From assembly GCF_009914755.1 (NCBI RefSeq), contig NC_060932.1: a DNA stretch of 64,000 nucleotides; one strand, 5' to 3'. This document shows positions 27,289 through 39,969 of the stretch, in pieces. The translations under genes and the position numbers were made by a program. Positions within the stretch are counted from its first letter, which is position 1. Every line of letters starts with the position of its first letter. Source of the DNA: the human T2T-CHM13v2.0 reference genome, Homo sapiens. The notes beneath the pieces are model-generated. The model was not told where the DNA came from. It made no database searches and saw only the letters and a list, made by a program, of their open reading frames with translations.

Positions 27289-27654
27289 AGATATACACAT
27301 CTTTATGGGAGAAAATGTATTGTGCAATGTACAACTACACTCTTAATTGTCATCCCTGGTTTAATCCTTGTTAGAAGTAAGAGAAGCAATCTGTGAAAGA
27401 GAGATGAGTTTTATCCCACATAGGGCTTAAAAAAGAGGTAAGTAGTTGTTATATTTTGAAATTGGAAGATTTTACACAACAATAAGGAATTTTGAGCTGG
27501 TCTTGAGAGAATGGGCAATACTTGGCTTGCATTCCTACATGGTACACAGCAACAAAAGCCTTCAGAAAGGACATAAATTTACTGGAGCTCCACAGTTCTC
27601 TGGTCCCTATTGCTTCCTTCTTTGCATTAATTGTTTTGTTCTTGAATGCATTGA

Positions 27655-27977
<323 letters not shown>

Positions 27978-28439
27978 AACTATTTCTATTTTAACATAGG
28001 TATACATTGCTTTAACCAAAGAGTTGAAGTGGTAGCAATGAGCTAACAAATAAGTACAGTCTTCACTGAAAAAGTGGGCACAACCCTCATTTTTAAAGGC
28101 CATTACCAATAACCATCTATGGAAGCACTGTTATGTTTTTTGTGTTAGGCATTCTGTTGTTCTTAGATTTCAGAATACATGGTTGCCCTGTAGCTTCAGT
28201 CTTCAATGTATTCTAGAAGAGTTGTGATTTGGTAGTTTATCTGGCTTTTTCTCAAGTCTGACTTTCAACTTTTTGCATTTTAAGTGGAGGAAGAACTTAG
28301 GCTTTTAAAAAATGCATATGAGCATTATTAACCTCACTATATCATGTATGGACAAAAGTAGTGACAATATTCAAAACATAGTAAGAAAAAGCATGAGGAT
28401 GGAAACGTACAAGAAAATTACAAAAGTTTGCAAATCCAC

Positions 28440-28518
28440 TGTGTGTATACACACACACAGAAACACACACACTATATATATATGTGTGTGTGTGCATATG
28501 TATATAATGTGTGTGTGT
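28440..28518. repeat. (CA)n-(TA)n-(TG)n self-complementary microsatellite
   Basis: Direct inspection. Confidence 0.9.
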
Positions 28519-29322
28519 TCAGAAACATCTGTGGAAATTTTAATAAATAAATTTAAAAAGTTTAAAAAATCCACATTATGTGTATTTTGAAGTTGTATAT
28601 GTTTCAGTTGGACTAAGTTCCAGTGTGGATTTATAAGCAAATACACTTGGGAAAAGCCTATCAAATTCTCTCCTAGTTACTGGGAGCCCCTCCTTTAGTT
28701 AGTTATTACCAGAGTAAAGAAACAAGGCAGGGAATAGTGACTTGGCTAGAACGGCAGCAGAAAACCACTCGAGGCAAAGCCTTACATCACAAGCATTGTT
28801 TCTATCTCATCCTTCAGGTGATGAGGCACCATTTATAGCTATGAGTAGAAAATTCACCTGACAAAAATTATGTTAGAAAATTAATTCCATCACAAGTCAT
28901 TTAAAAAGAAATCTACATGGAAGATAAATGAAATATAATATAATATATAATAAAATAAAGATAAATAAAATGAAATATAATATAAAATATAATAGCCAAG
29001 AGGCTATTATAAACAATGAAGGTCTTACCTAAGGCTTTGTAGACGAAAAGAATGCCCACTTTCAAGAAATGGTTAGAAGCTATTGTCAACTAGATTGTGT
29101 GATACAGTTGAATAGAGGGCTGGGAGTGGGGAGTAATTGTTGTGAATCCCAGTCTGAATGGAGAGTATTCGCTTTTGTTTTGCTTGTTTTTTGAGACAGG
29201 GCTCTTTGTCACCCAGGCTAGAAGGCAATGGTGCAATCATAGCTCACTGCAGCTTCAAACTCCTGGGCTCAAGGAATCCTCCTGCCTTAGCGTCCTGAGT
29301 AGCTGGGACTATAGGCATATGC

Positions 29323-30297
<975 letters not shown>

Positions 30298-31124
30298 ATG
30301 CCACCACAACTGACTAATTTTTAAATATTGTTTTTATAGAGACAGGCTCTCATTATGTTGGCCAAATTGGTCTTGAATTCCCAGCCTCAAGCCATCCTCC
30401 TGCCTTGGCCTCCCAAAGTGTTGGGATTACAGGCATGAGCCACCATGCCTGGATCAGTATTGGCGTTTTTCAATGAGAAACTGAACCTAGGTGGAAGGGG
30501 ACGTTGGCATGCTTTCTACACATCTGGGAAACTAAGAAATTATTTAAAATTAAAGGTGATGCATTTTCTCAATCAGATTTTTTTTCCTCCCAACTTATTT
30601 GGGGGATACACAATGTGTCATGTTTTTCTGTGTATACATTTTTCCCATCCTGCCTAGAAGTCACCCACATGATGGACCCTCAAGAAATATTTATTAATCA
30701 AATTCTCCCCTTCTCTATCCTTCAGCTGCGAGAGCTGGGATTAAGCCTCCTTATGGAAATGATAATCAATATTTTATAGTACCTTTCACCAGAGGCCATC
30801 AAATGTAATGACAGTCAAATATTTTTGTTCTTTTTCAAATTGGAAATCAATCAACATTATCCATTTTTTCATTACCACTTATACATGGTTGATCAAATGT
30901 TTATGCTGATGACTTTATTGCATTGAGGAAGGTTTCAATGCCACTGACCTTCTCCCTTTGAGTGCTTATTTTTCTAGCAGACAAAATTAGCAAGTGTGAT
31001 AGACAAAGTTTGAAATATAATGTAGTATTTTTCCCAGTTCTTTACTAATGGTATTATTTTACAACACCTAATTTAATGTAGAATTTTAAAGCTTAAAAAT
31101 AATTTTATAGACATGATTTTATAT

Positions 31125-31270
31125 AGTATGCAGCATAGCCATATAAGAAAACTGAAGATAAACAATCAGAGCTGCAAAATGATCTGCCTGTTTACTTGGT
31201 AGTTAGCAGTCAAATCAAAATTAGAAATTTAGATCTTCTGACTCATCCTGACACTTTACTCTAGGGTTCT
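31125..31270 (-). mobile_element. MIR fragment
   Basis: 'ataagaaaactgaag...tagttagcagtcaaatcaaaattagaaatttagatcttctgactc'. Confidence 0.45.
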
Positions 31271-31457
31271 CTGATACACACAGATGACGCTGTAAACTCA
31301 CCCTGATGATGGGCATCCATTGAGGTCTTTGTTCCTAATGATAACTGAGAGATTGATAGGAATTCTCTTTAGGTATTGAGCCCCCATCCAAGTTCTCTAG
31401 ACACATGTAGCAAGTAAGGCTTGTAAGCTCTTTTCCTTATTTTAAATATCCTAAGGC

Positions 31458-31766
31458 TGAAATCTCCTTTGCAAAAATTATAACATTGAGACCATTATGG
31501 CAGTAGGAAAGATCTGATCTAACCAACACCCCTCTTGCCTTTAGCCTTCAACCTGCCTTTAATTATTCTTAGGATTATGCCAAGCTAACTTTGGGATACA
31601 TTTAGTTTATAGTTTAAATGATAATAGCCCTTCCCCAAAACTCAGCCACCTTTTTAAAGCATGGCTGGCCTCATGTCAATTAAGCTCTTTCTTTACTGCA
31701 ATGCCATGGTCTCCCGAATTGCTTTTGACTATACAGTGGACAGGAAGGACCTGTCAGGTGGTTACA
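31458..31766 (+). mobile_element. LTR8-family ERV1 solo LTR with internal deletion
   Basis: Start 'tgaaatctcctttgcaaaaattataac', internal 'ctaactttggga...tagtttatagtttaa', end 'ggtggttaca'. TSD aggc/atgc. Confidence 0.85.
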
Positions 31767-32832
31767 ATGCCATGATGCACAGGCCAACTAAATCTCAGAT
31801 TTCTTATTTTGATTGAAAGTGTATCAGTCCCAAGTGGTAATGCTGATCACTTTGTTCAGATTTATTTGGCAGTTTTACATCTCTGATATCTAAAACATGG
31901 CAATTTAATGTATTTAACAAACCCATTTTGCTTTGTAAACTGCAATCTTTCACAATATAGAGTTTCTAATACAGGTTGGGCAAGAATAGAAATGCTCAGA
32001 TCTATATTATTATCCGACACCATATCAGTTAGCCTTGCTAAACTTCAATTGCTATATCTGCAAGTAACTCATTTAATATTTATTTAATAAATATTATTGA
32101 GCTGCTTCTATGTGCTAGCTACTATATGTAGCTTCTATATTATTATTGAGCTTCTTCTAAATACTATTGAGCTTCTTCTATGTTCTGGCACTAAAAACTG
32201 GATTAGAATTGCTCTTTTATATAGATATTGGTGATTTCAAACATAATGTGTGTAAAGTCCATGACCCTGTGCCATAGCTTGCTGGCTGACTTGGAAAATT
32301 AGGTCTAGGACCTGTCCTTTACCAGCCCCCTCTCCACATAAGTCAGCTCAACAACTGTGGACATCGTAGAGCCTGGGACACTGCAGAAAACATTCATGGT
32401 GCTGGTGCATCGTGAGTGAGTCATCAGAGGCAGAGGCAATGGGCAGGCTGATTAGAACTGAGACAGCTTCTGTTTACATATAAATATCCTGCTAATCAGT
32501 GATGACAAGAGAGGAAACATAGGCAAATGCCAGTTAAATGGAGTTTGAAGTTTTTAGAAAAGTACATTTGGTAGCGCTTGCCAGAGTGTGGCAGTGGTTC
32601 TTTAATTATACAGGAAGAAATCTTTAAAATGAATTGGCCTCAGGCTGAGTTAAAGGGAATAGTTTTGTAACAGGTTGTCAGAGAATGTCTCTGAAAGTAA
32701 GACTTTTCGTTGCTTTTACAAAATGATAGCACTTACATAGGTATCTATATTTCTCACTATGTGTTTGTATGTGTGTGTGTAGGGGAGAGGGATCTTTTTT
32801 GATTAATTACAAAGGAGATATTTTTTACATAG

Positions 32833-33152
<320 letters not shown>

Positions 33153-33771
33153 AGTAAGACTGTTGACTGTGGTAACAGGCATGACTGTAGGCATGGTGTC
33201 CACCCACGGATATGCATTTTTTTTAATGCTCTTTCAGGAAGCAGTTCCTTTTAACATGTTCTACATCATGGAGCCCACTTTAGGTCCTGGCATTTTATAA
33301 GGTATACTCACCATTTATACATTTTGCAGTACCATTGGCTCCTTTTCAAATATACTCACGAATCCATTATAGACGCTCCTGATCAGTTCAAATGACTTCA
33401 AAACATTTTATCTTTTAGAATATAGCTTTGTTAGTATTTCAGGACAACTCTACCAAATCCTGCCTGGGGAAACTGTTGTACCTGCTAAGGGGAAGCAATA
33501 GGACATAGTGTCTGTTTATGTTTTAGCTTCAAGGGTACTTGAAAGATTAAGGAGTTAAAGAAATTCCATGAAGCCTAAGGCAGGTTTTTCTTCAATTTGT
33601 CCATTACTTTCTGTTACATTCCCAAGATTGTCCTTATATTAAAAAAGTAAAATAGCTAAAGACATATTTGGGGTCTATATGCCTTCCTTTTGATGTTCAT
33701 CTTCCAGCCTCAATTGCTAGTCAAGAACTTCTGCCTTCCCAGGCTGCTTAGATTTCTGCTTTGTGCTTTGG

Positions 33772-34080
33772 TATTTTTATTTTTTCCTTTAGAGATAGAG
33801 TCTTGCTCTGTCCCTTGGGCTGGAATGCAGTGGTGGGATCATAGCTCACTGCAGCCTAGAACTCTTAGGCTCAAGAGATCTTCCCACCTCAGCCTCCTGA
33901 GTAGCTGGGACTACAAGCATGCACCACAACTCCAGGCTAATTTTTCAATTTTTTATAGAGATAAAGAGATGGGGTCTCACTACGTTGCCACAGCTGGTAT
34001 CCAACTCCTGGCCTCAAGCAATTCTCCCACATTGGCCTTCTAAAGTATTGGGATAATGAGTATAAGCCACCACACCTAGC
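33772..34080 (-). mobile_element. AluJ
   Basis: 'atcatagctcactgcagcct...ggcctcaagcaattctccc'. Confidence 0.93.
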
Positions 34081-34754
34081 GATCTGGTAATTCTTATGCC
34101 CAAGTGTGCAAATACTCTATCAGATGTCCCTGAACATCTGTCTTCTAATCCAGTATTTCATGCTTTGGATAAATCTTCATCCAGGAGGCTATCCCTGGTT
34201 TAATTAAGAAATCAATTGCATTCTAGAACAGATTATAGCATAAGCATTAACCATTGCTAGCCAAATTCTTCATATTTATGGGAGCCTTCATGATGACACA
34301 AGATTTAACTTAGTCAGGAGAGTGAAACTAACACTCAGAATTGCAGACACTTTAATAGCCCTTGCAAAAAAACTATTTTATATTAAATGAGACTTTTGTA
34401 TTTTGTCTGTCAAATTACTTCATATGGGAGGATGAAGTGATGGAGGATTTTCCATTCACACACAGGCTACACTTTCCTTCTGCCCTTGCCTTTATCCTGG
34501 AAACATAAAATCGTATTTGTATCATTTGTTTCAAGCTGACCATCCGTTTTTATAGTATCCATGAGCAAAACAAACAAATGAACACCCCAAAAACTGCCTT
34601 CCTAGTAGTTGCAGCTCTCATGAGAATGTCCCAAAAATCTGTCTTCAAATTGAGCTTCACAGCAAACTTGCAGTATGGAAGAACATGCATAAGGATCTCA
34701 TTTTCAGGTGAAGAAATGAAAGTCCCACCAGGTTGGATGTTCTTGTGGCCATAC

Positions 34755-35737
34755 TATAACTGGCTTAAGTCTGGCTGCTCACTGCTCAGAGGTCAAAGCC
34801 TGAGAAAGCAAGGTGTGGTAAAAGGAAAGCAGCTTTATTCAAATGCTAGCTGTTGGAGAATGGTCCTCTGTCTTTTTAAAAGGCCACTCCCACTTTGGAG
34901 GCTGAGCGAAGGGGTTTAAAAAGGAAAAGATGTGTGAAACATGCGGGAGTGGGGCAGGGGGATGCAGGTCTGTGTGTCTTTTTCCAGTGGTTATCTTGAG
35001 TAATTGCCCATCCAGAGGTTCAGTTGGCATCATCCTGACTTCGGCCCAGTGGTGGGGGGTTAACTGTAACTACCCCTAAGCGGGAGGATTCTGCAGCTGG
35101 ATCTCTACAGCAGTTTGCCATGGTTACTACAGGACTGAACAAAGGGGGACGAACGCAGAAATGAAAACTTAAAACAAAAGTAACTATTTTAAAGGAAGGA
35201 GCCATTGGAAGAAGAAGAGGGCTCCCAGCTCCTAGTGATCAAGAGCAGCCACTTGAGCCTCTACAGCCCTTTGTATTTATTGGACAGAAAGAGCAGGGAG
35301 CAGGAGGCAACCGTTGGTCAGCTGCTTAATTGATCACAGGGTCACATTATTGCTAACAGGCTTCAGATGTGCCTAATTACAAGAAACACTGCACTTGGGG
35401 CATGACTGCCCTCAGCATTCCTTCTGGGCGGCAGACGCAGCTTGTCAGTTTGCCAATATTCTGCATTTATGAGAACAGTTTAATGTTTACTCATATAACC
35501 TCCAGTGGTATACAGAGTTGATCACGACCCTCACTCTTTTGGCCTGCAACAGATCTCTCTGTCTGGTTTGTTTTAACATTTCTCAGCATGCACATAATTG
35601 GATAAATGAGCACTGTTCACAGAAGTGCCTGGTGGGAAAAGGTAGAAACAAAGAGTTTCAGAATATGTTTCAAGGCTGAACACAAGAAAGGAAAACAAGT
35701 TTTAGAATGCATTTTGAGGTTCGTATACTTGATTACA
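34755..35737 (-). mobile_element. ERV1-class solo LTR (MER66/67/73-like, subfamily uncertain), split by LTR3
   Basis: Perfect 4-bp TSD ATAC (34751-54 / 35738-41). Ends '...ttgattaca'. Minus-strand AATAAA ('ctttattc') near the 3' end. Confidence 0.7.
35106..35551 (-). mobile_element. LTR3-like (HERV-K3/HML-6) solo LTR
   Basis: The reverse complement starts 'tgttgcaggccaaaagagtgagggtcgtgatcaactc'. Length 446 bp. Perfect 6-bp TSD GATCTC (35100-05 / 35552-57), typical of class II ERVs. Confidence 0.8.
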
Positions 35738-36109
35738 ATACAAGTCTTAAGTGGCAGAATTATTATTTAAACTCAAGTGTGTTGATTCTTAAATATCTGA
35801 GATTTCTATTACCATATTGCTTTTCTAAAGCACTAAAATTCAAACCCAAACGGTACTATCTTCATCATAATCTCAAATCATAAAAGCTCAAATCAGAGAA
35901 AGTATTTTTCTTCTAAACATTTCTTTTTCTTTAATGCTATTCTCCCATCACGCCCAGATCTACTTTTTTTTTCTTTTTGTCCCAGCATTAATAATGTTTT
36001 AATGTCTTTCTTACTATATTAATAGTGGGCTTTCTGGTTCATTCCCTCCCCAAAGCTCCTTGACGGCAAGATGATTTTGGGTTGCTTTGTTTTGGTCCAG
36101 TGCCTGGAC

Positions 36110-36296
36110 CAAAGGTCAGCAAACCATAGCTTGCAGCTGGTTTTTGCATGACCTCTCAAACTAAAAATAGTTTTAACATTTTTAAAGGGTTGTTAAAAAA
36201 TACTAAAGAAGAAGATGTGATAGAAACCATGTGTGGCTCACAAATCCTAAAATATGTATTGCCTGAGCCCTTCTAGAGAATGTTTGCTCACTCCTG
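36110..36296. mobile_element. MER58 (hAT-Charlie MITE) within an L2 3' end
   Basis: 'caaaggtcagcaaac...atgtgtggctcacaaatcctaaaatat...tgtttgctcactcctg'. 8-bp TSD-like gcctggac / gcctagag. Confidence 0.8.
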
Positions 36297-38514
36297 GCCT
36301 AGAGTTTTGCCTGCACACGGTAGGGGCTCCATCTATTTGTTGAGTGAATGTGGGCAGGCATGCACATGTGTTGAAGTGGATTTCTTCCATGGAGTTAATT
36401 CCTGGCAATAAGGCCTATCCAACCTGAACTTCTCGTCCTCCCACTGTGAGCCACTGGCATCTGGCAAATCTGATGGTGTTTTCTAACTCGTTGTTATTTC
36501 CATCTCCATAGCACAGATGTAGGTTAGGCATCTCAAAATCAGGAGCTATTCATCAGCTAGTGGAGAATATTCATTGTTATTTGGGCTGTCACTGTAATTA
36601 GCTCATCTTTTAGAAGTCTTTGCTCCACGGCTTGTTTGTTATTGGAGACTTCTCCTCATCACCAGCATTCACATGCATATTAGCGTTTCAAAAAGCATAT
36701 TGCTATTTTGATTTTTCCGAGGAGTTAAGATAAAATATTCAATATCTTTCTCATTCCCCCACCCCCTCCCAGCCCTTGAAGACAAAGCCCCTTGGTCTGC
36801 ATGTAGCTAATGGCCAATATTCCAGGAAGCCTTTGATAATGGCCCACATAAGAGAGAAGAGCAGCCAAGCACAAAGTACACTGTAATAAGGTCACTAAAG
36901 CTGTAAATTACTGGTTTTCATCCTTAGATATGTCTTCCAGTGGCCTGAGAGAGTTTCGCTTCATTAAATGTGAGAAGTCGCAACTCAAGTTAAATCTCTC
37001 TAGAGATATTAAATTCTGGACATATGAGATTACACCAAATGATGCTCCCAACTTGAACAGCCCCAGCTTGAATTTAAAACCGTAAAACCCGCTATCTCAC
37101 TTTCTTACCAGGGTTTCCTCTGTCTTCACTGTCCCCTTCCCCAAGTATCCCATCCCCTCCCTTAAAAATAGCATTTGAAATATCAGCCAGGGTTTTGGAA
37201 CAGCCTGGCTGTCTGGCTGGCTGTTCTTCATGGCTCACTGATGATCCCCACAGGTTTTTAGAATCAAGCCCTGCCTCTGTCGTTCACAGCAGCCTTTCCT
37301 GGCTACATTTTAATTAACTCCGTATGGTACAATGATGATAATTTGGCCCAAAATAAAAGTGAGCCTGAGTTAATGCTGTTATCATTAGAAAGATTGAGGG
37401 AACAGAAGCAATTAGGAAGTTCTGGAAGTATTGAGGAGTGTGAAGGGAAAAAGAAGAAACTGGTGCCCCAAACTCATTTATCATATTAACAAATGTGAGA
37501 GCATGAGTTCTTGCGTGAGTTCTCCCCTGGGTCCTTTCCTTGACTGCATCTGCTAGTAAGTGCTATTTAACATCTGCACAACCTGTGTTTTCTTTATTAT
37601 ATGCATAGTACTGAGACCAGGCTTGCAAAATCCAGAGGGGACGGAGATGGACAACCTTTTCTGGATCACCTTTGTGATCTCTATTCATAGGGCTGGATGC
37701 CTTTTCTCAGTCACACCCTCTTCTTTTGCAATACATTTTCTTCATAGTTTTTTTTCAAAGTGGGGTGATCAAAAGACAAACTTGGGGTATCATCTACTTT
37801 TAGCAGTTTTCTATCCATTATTTTTCCCCCTAGTTGCTAGGCCACACCACTGGGTGTCCTGGCTCTCATTATAGTTCTCTAGTTACAAAGCATTCCCTCA
37901 ACTCTGAGCAGGATTTTCTTTCCAAACTATTCCCAGAGCTGTTTCCTCTAATATAGTTTACCTATTATGTGTTTAATCTATGGGATGTTTTTACCAACTT
38001 GTTGTCCTGAAGAATGGTTCTAATATAAGCAAGTATTTACAACTGATAGCAATTTATGTATTGCCCTTTCCAGTGATATTTGCACCCCAATGTTGAATAA
38101 TGGTATCAAGTTAAGTCCTTTTATGTCAGAGACAATTTTGGTTTGAGGTAGACCCTCCTGGACTCTGTGACATTTCTTAACTAATTTTGATACATATTGC
38201 CAAATTACTCCTAGGAACACTTAATTCGGTTGTACTAATAGTGTATACAAGTTTCCGTTTCATAAATTTCTTGATGATAATCCATAATATTTTCTGATAA
38301 CTTTAACAATTCTATGGGCAAAAGTGCACCTTTAAAAATTTTTTAATTTCTTTGAAACTTTTTAAGTTTTAAGATTTTAAAATATCGGTGTCTGTTTTTC
38401 TTTTTAAAAAATTTCTGTATATATTAGTCCTACATATTTATTTTGAAGGTGTTTCAAGACAAATGACAAAATAATGTATGAAGATAGTAAACAAATACAT
38501 ACTGGACTCACAGG

Positions 38515-38695
38515 TAGAATTGCCAGATTAAATATAGGATGCCCAGTTAGGTTTAAATTTCAAATAGACAACACATTTTTTAGTATAAGTATATCTCACA
38601 TATTACATGAGATATTTCTACTAAAAATACTCATTGATTATCTGAATTCAAATTTAAATGAACATCTTTTTTATTATTTGATAAATCTGAAAATT
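38515..38695. mobile_element. MER53 palindromic hAT MITE
   Basis: 'ttgccaga..aaatataggatgcccagtta...ttttttagtataagtat...tactaaaaat...ttatctgaattcaaatttaa...taaatctg'. Confidence 0.85.
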
Positions 38696-38699
38696 ATAT

Positions 38700-39795
38700 T
38701 CACAAATCTCTATCTTCAGTCCTATCTAAAACTATACTAAACTATCTTTAGTTTGGATTGCAGACTTAGTATCCAGTGGGCTCCTCAGCATTTCTATTAG
38801 GTTGATGCAAAAGTAATTGTGGTATTTGCCATTAAAATAACTTTTAATGTTAATAAGCTTTACTTTAAAAGTAATTAAAAATATCTTTTAAACTTTTAAA
38901 GTTTATTACCGTTAAAAGTTACTTTTAATGGCAAATACCACAATTACTTTTGCATCAACCCAATACTTGGAGGTCTATTAGGTATCTGCAAACCAATACG
39001 TCCATAAAATGTGTAAATGTCACATGTGCTCTGCCCTTTCCTAAGTCTGCTGTTATCCTTCTTTACTCATCTTAGTTAATTGTATCAGCATCTTTCTGAG
39101 GTCAACTATTCTAAGGGTTAGACTTTTTTTTTTCATATACACTCTCTTCATACTCTCAATACCTTAGCATGCTCTCCAAAATATAATATGCATGGGGTCC
39201 TACAACTTCTTGTCATCTCCATTGCTATCATCCTGATCCTAACTCCTTCCTTTCTTAACTAGATCATTGTAGAGCTTCTGAACTAACTGTCCTCTTTGCT
39301 AACCATTTTGCAGGTCCATCATTCATTCCCCAAACAGCAATGAGAATGATCAGAGCTTACAACCAACCCTCCAAGAGCTTCCCTCTGCAATGAGAAAACA
39401 TCCAAACTCCTTTACCAGGGTTCCCAGGTTTCCTTAGCTTGCCTTCAGATTCAGAGCATTTGACTTGTTTTCCCCTTTGGGATACCCTTTTCCCCAAATT
39501 TCTTGGCTGCACATTTCTATTTATTTACATTTCAATGCAAGTTTCACTTCCAAAGAGACGACTTTTTTGATAACACAGACTGCTTTCCTAATGTTTTCCT
39601 TCACAGCACTTCTTACAATTTGTTGTCATTTGTTATTTTGCATGTTTTCAGTTTTAACTCCTCTCTCTAGAATGCAAAGTTCATAAGAGAAGATTTTTTT
39701 TTCTCATTTGTGCTGCATCCTCAATGTTTAAGATTGTGCCTAGTGGATGGATAACATGCGATAAATAATATATGCTGAATGCCCAAATGAATAAA
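38700..39795 (+). mobile_element. L2 fragment (3' region)
   Basis: 'gtatccagtgggctcctcagcatttc..cttggaggtct', 'aaacatccaaactccttt', 'ctagaatgcaaagttcataaga', 'gtgcctagt...ataaata...tgctgaatg'. Confidence 0.7.
38795..38965. mobile_element. Expanded MADE1 (171-bp hairpin)
   Basis: TA-flanked Hsmar1 TIRs. Arms 38795-38861 and 38898-38965 are reverse complements with ~4 mismatches and 1 gap. Confidence 0.93.
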
Positions 39796-39969
39796 GAACA
39801 AATGACACGTTAACATATACTGAATATTTACATTATGCAGGCACTTGGCTTAGGGCTTTGCATATTTATCCTGTAGTGTGATACGCAGACCTCAGTTGGG
39901 TCTTAGGTGACACCAGGCAATCAGATATACATCCCAGTCCATTTATTTCTCTACTTATTTTAGGTGACT

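Noticed and set aside
28920-28995. AT-rich (ATATA/AATAA)n stretch
   Set aside because: Ordinary low-complexity sequence.
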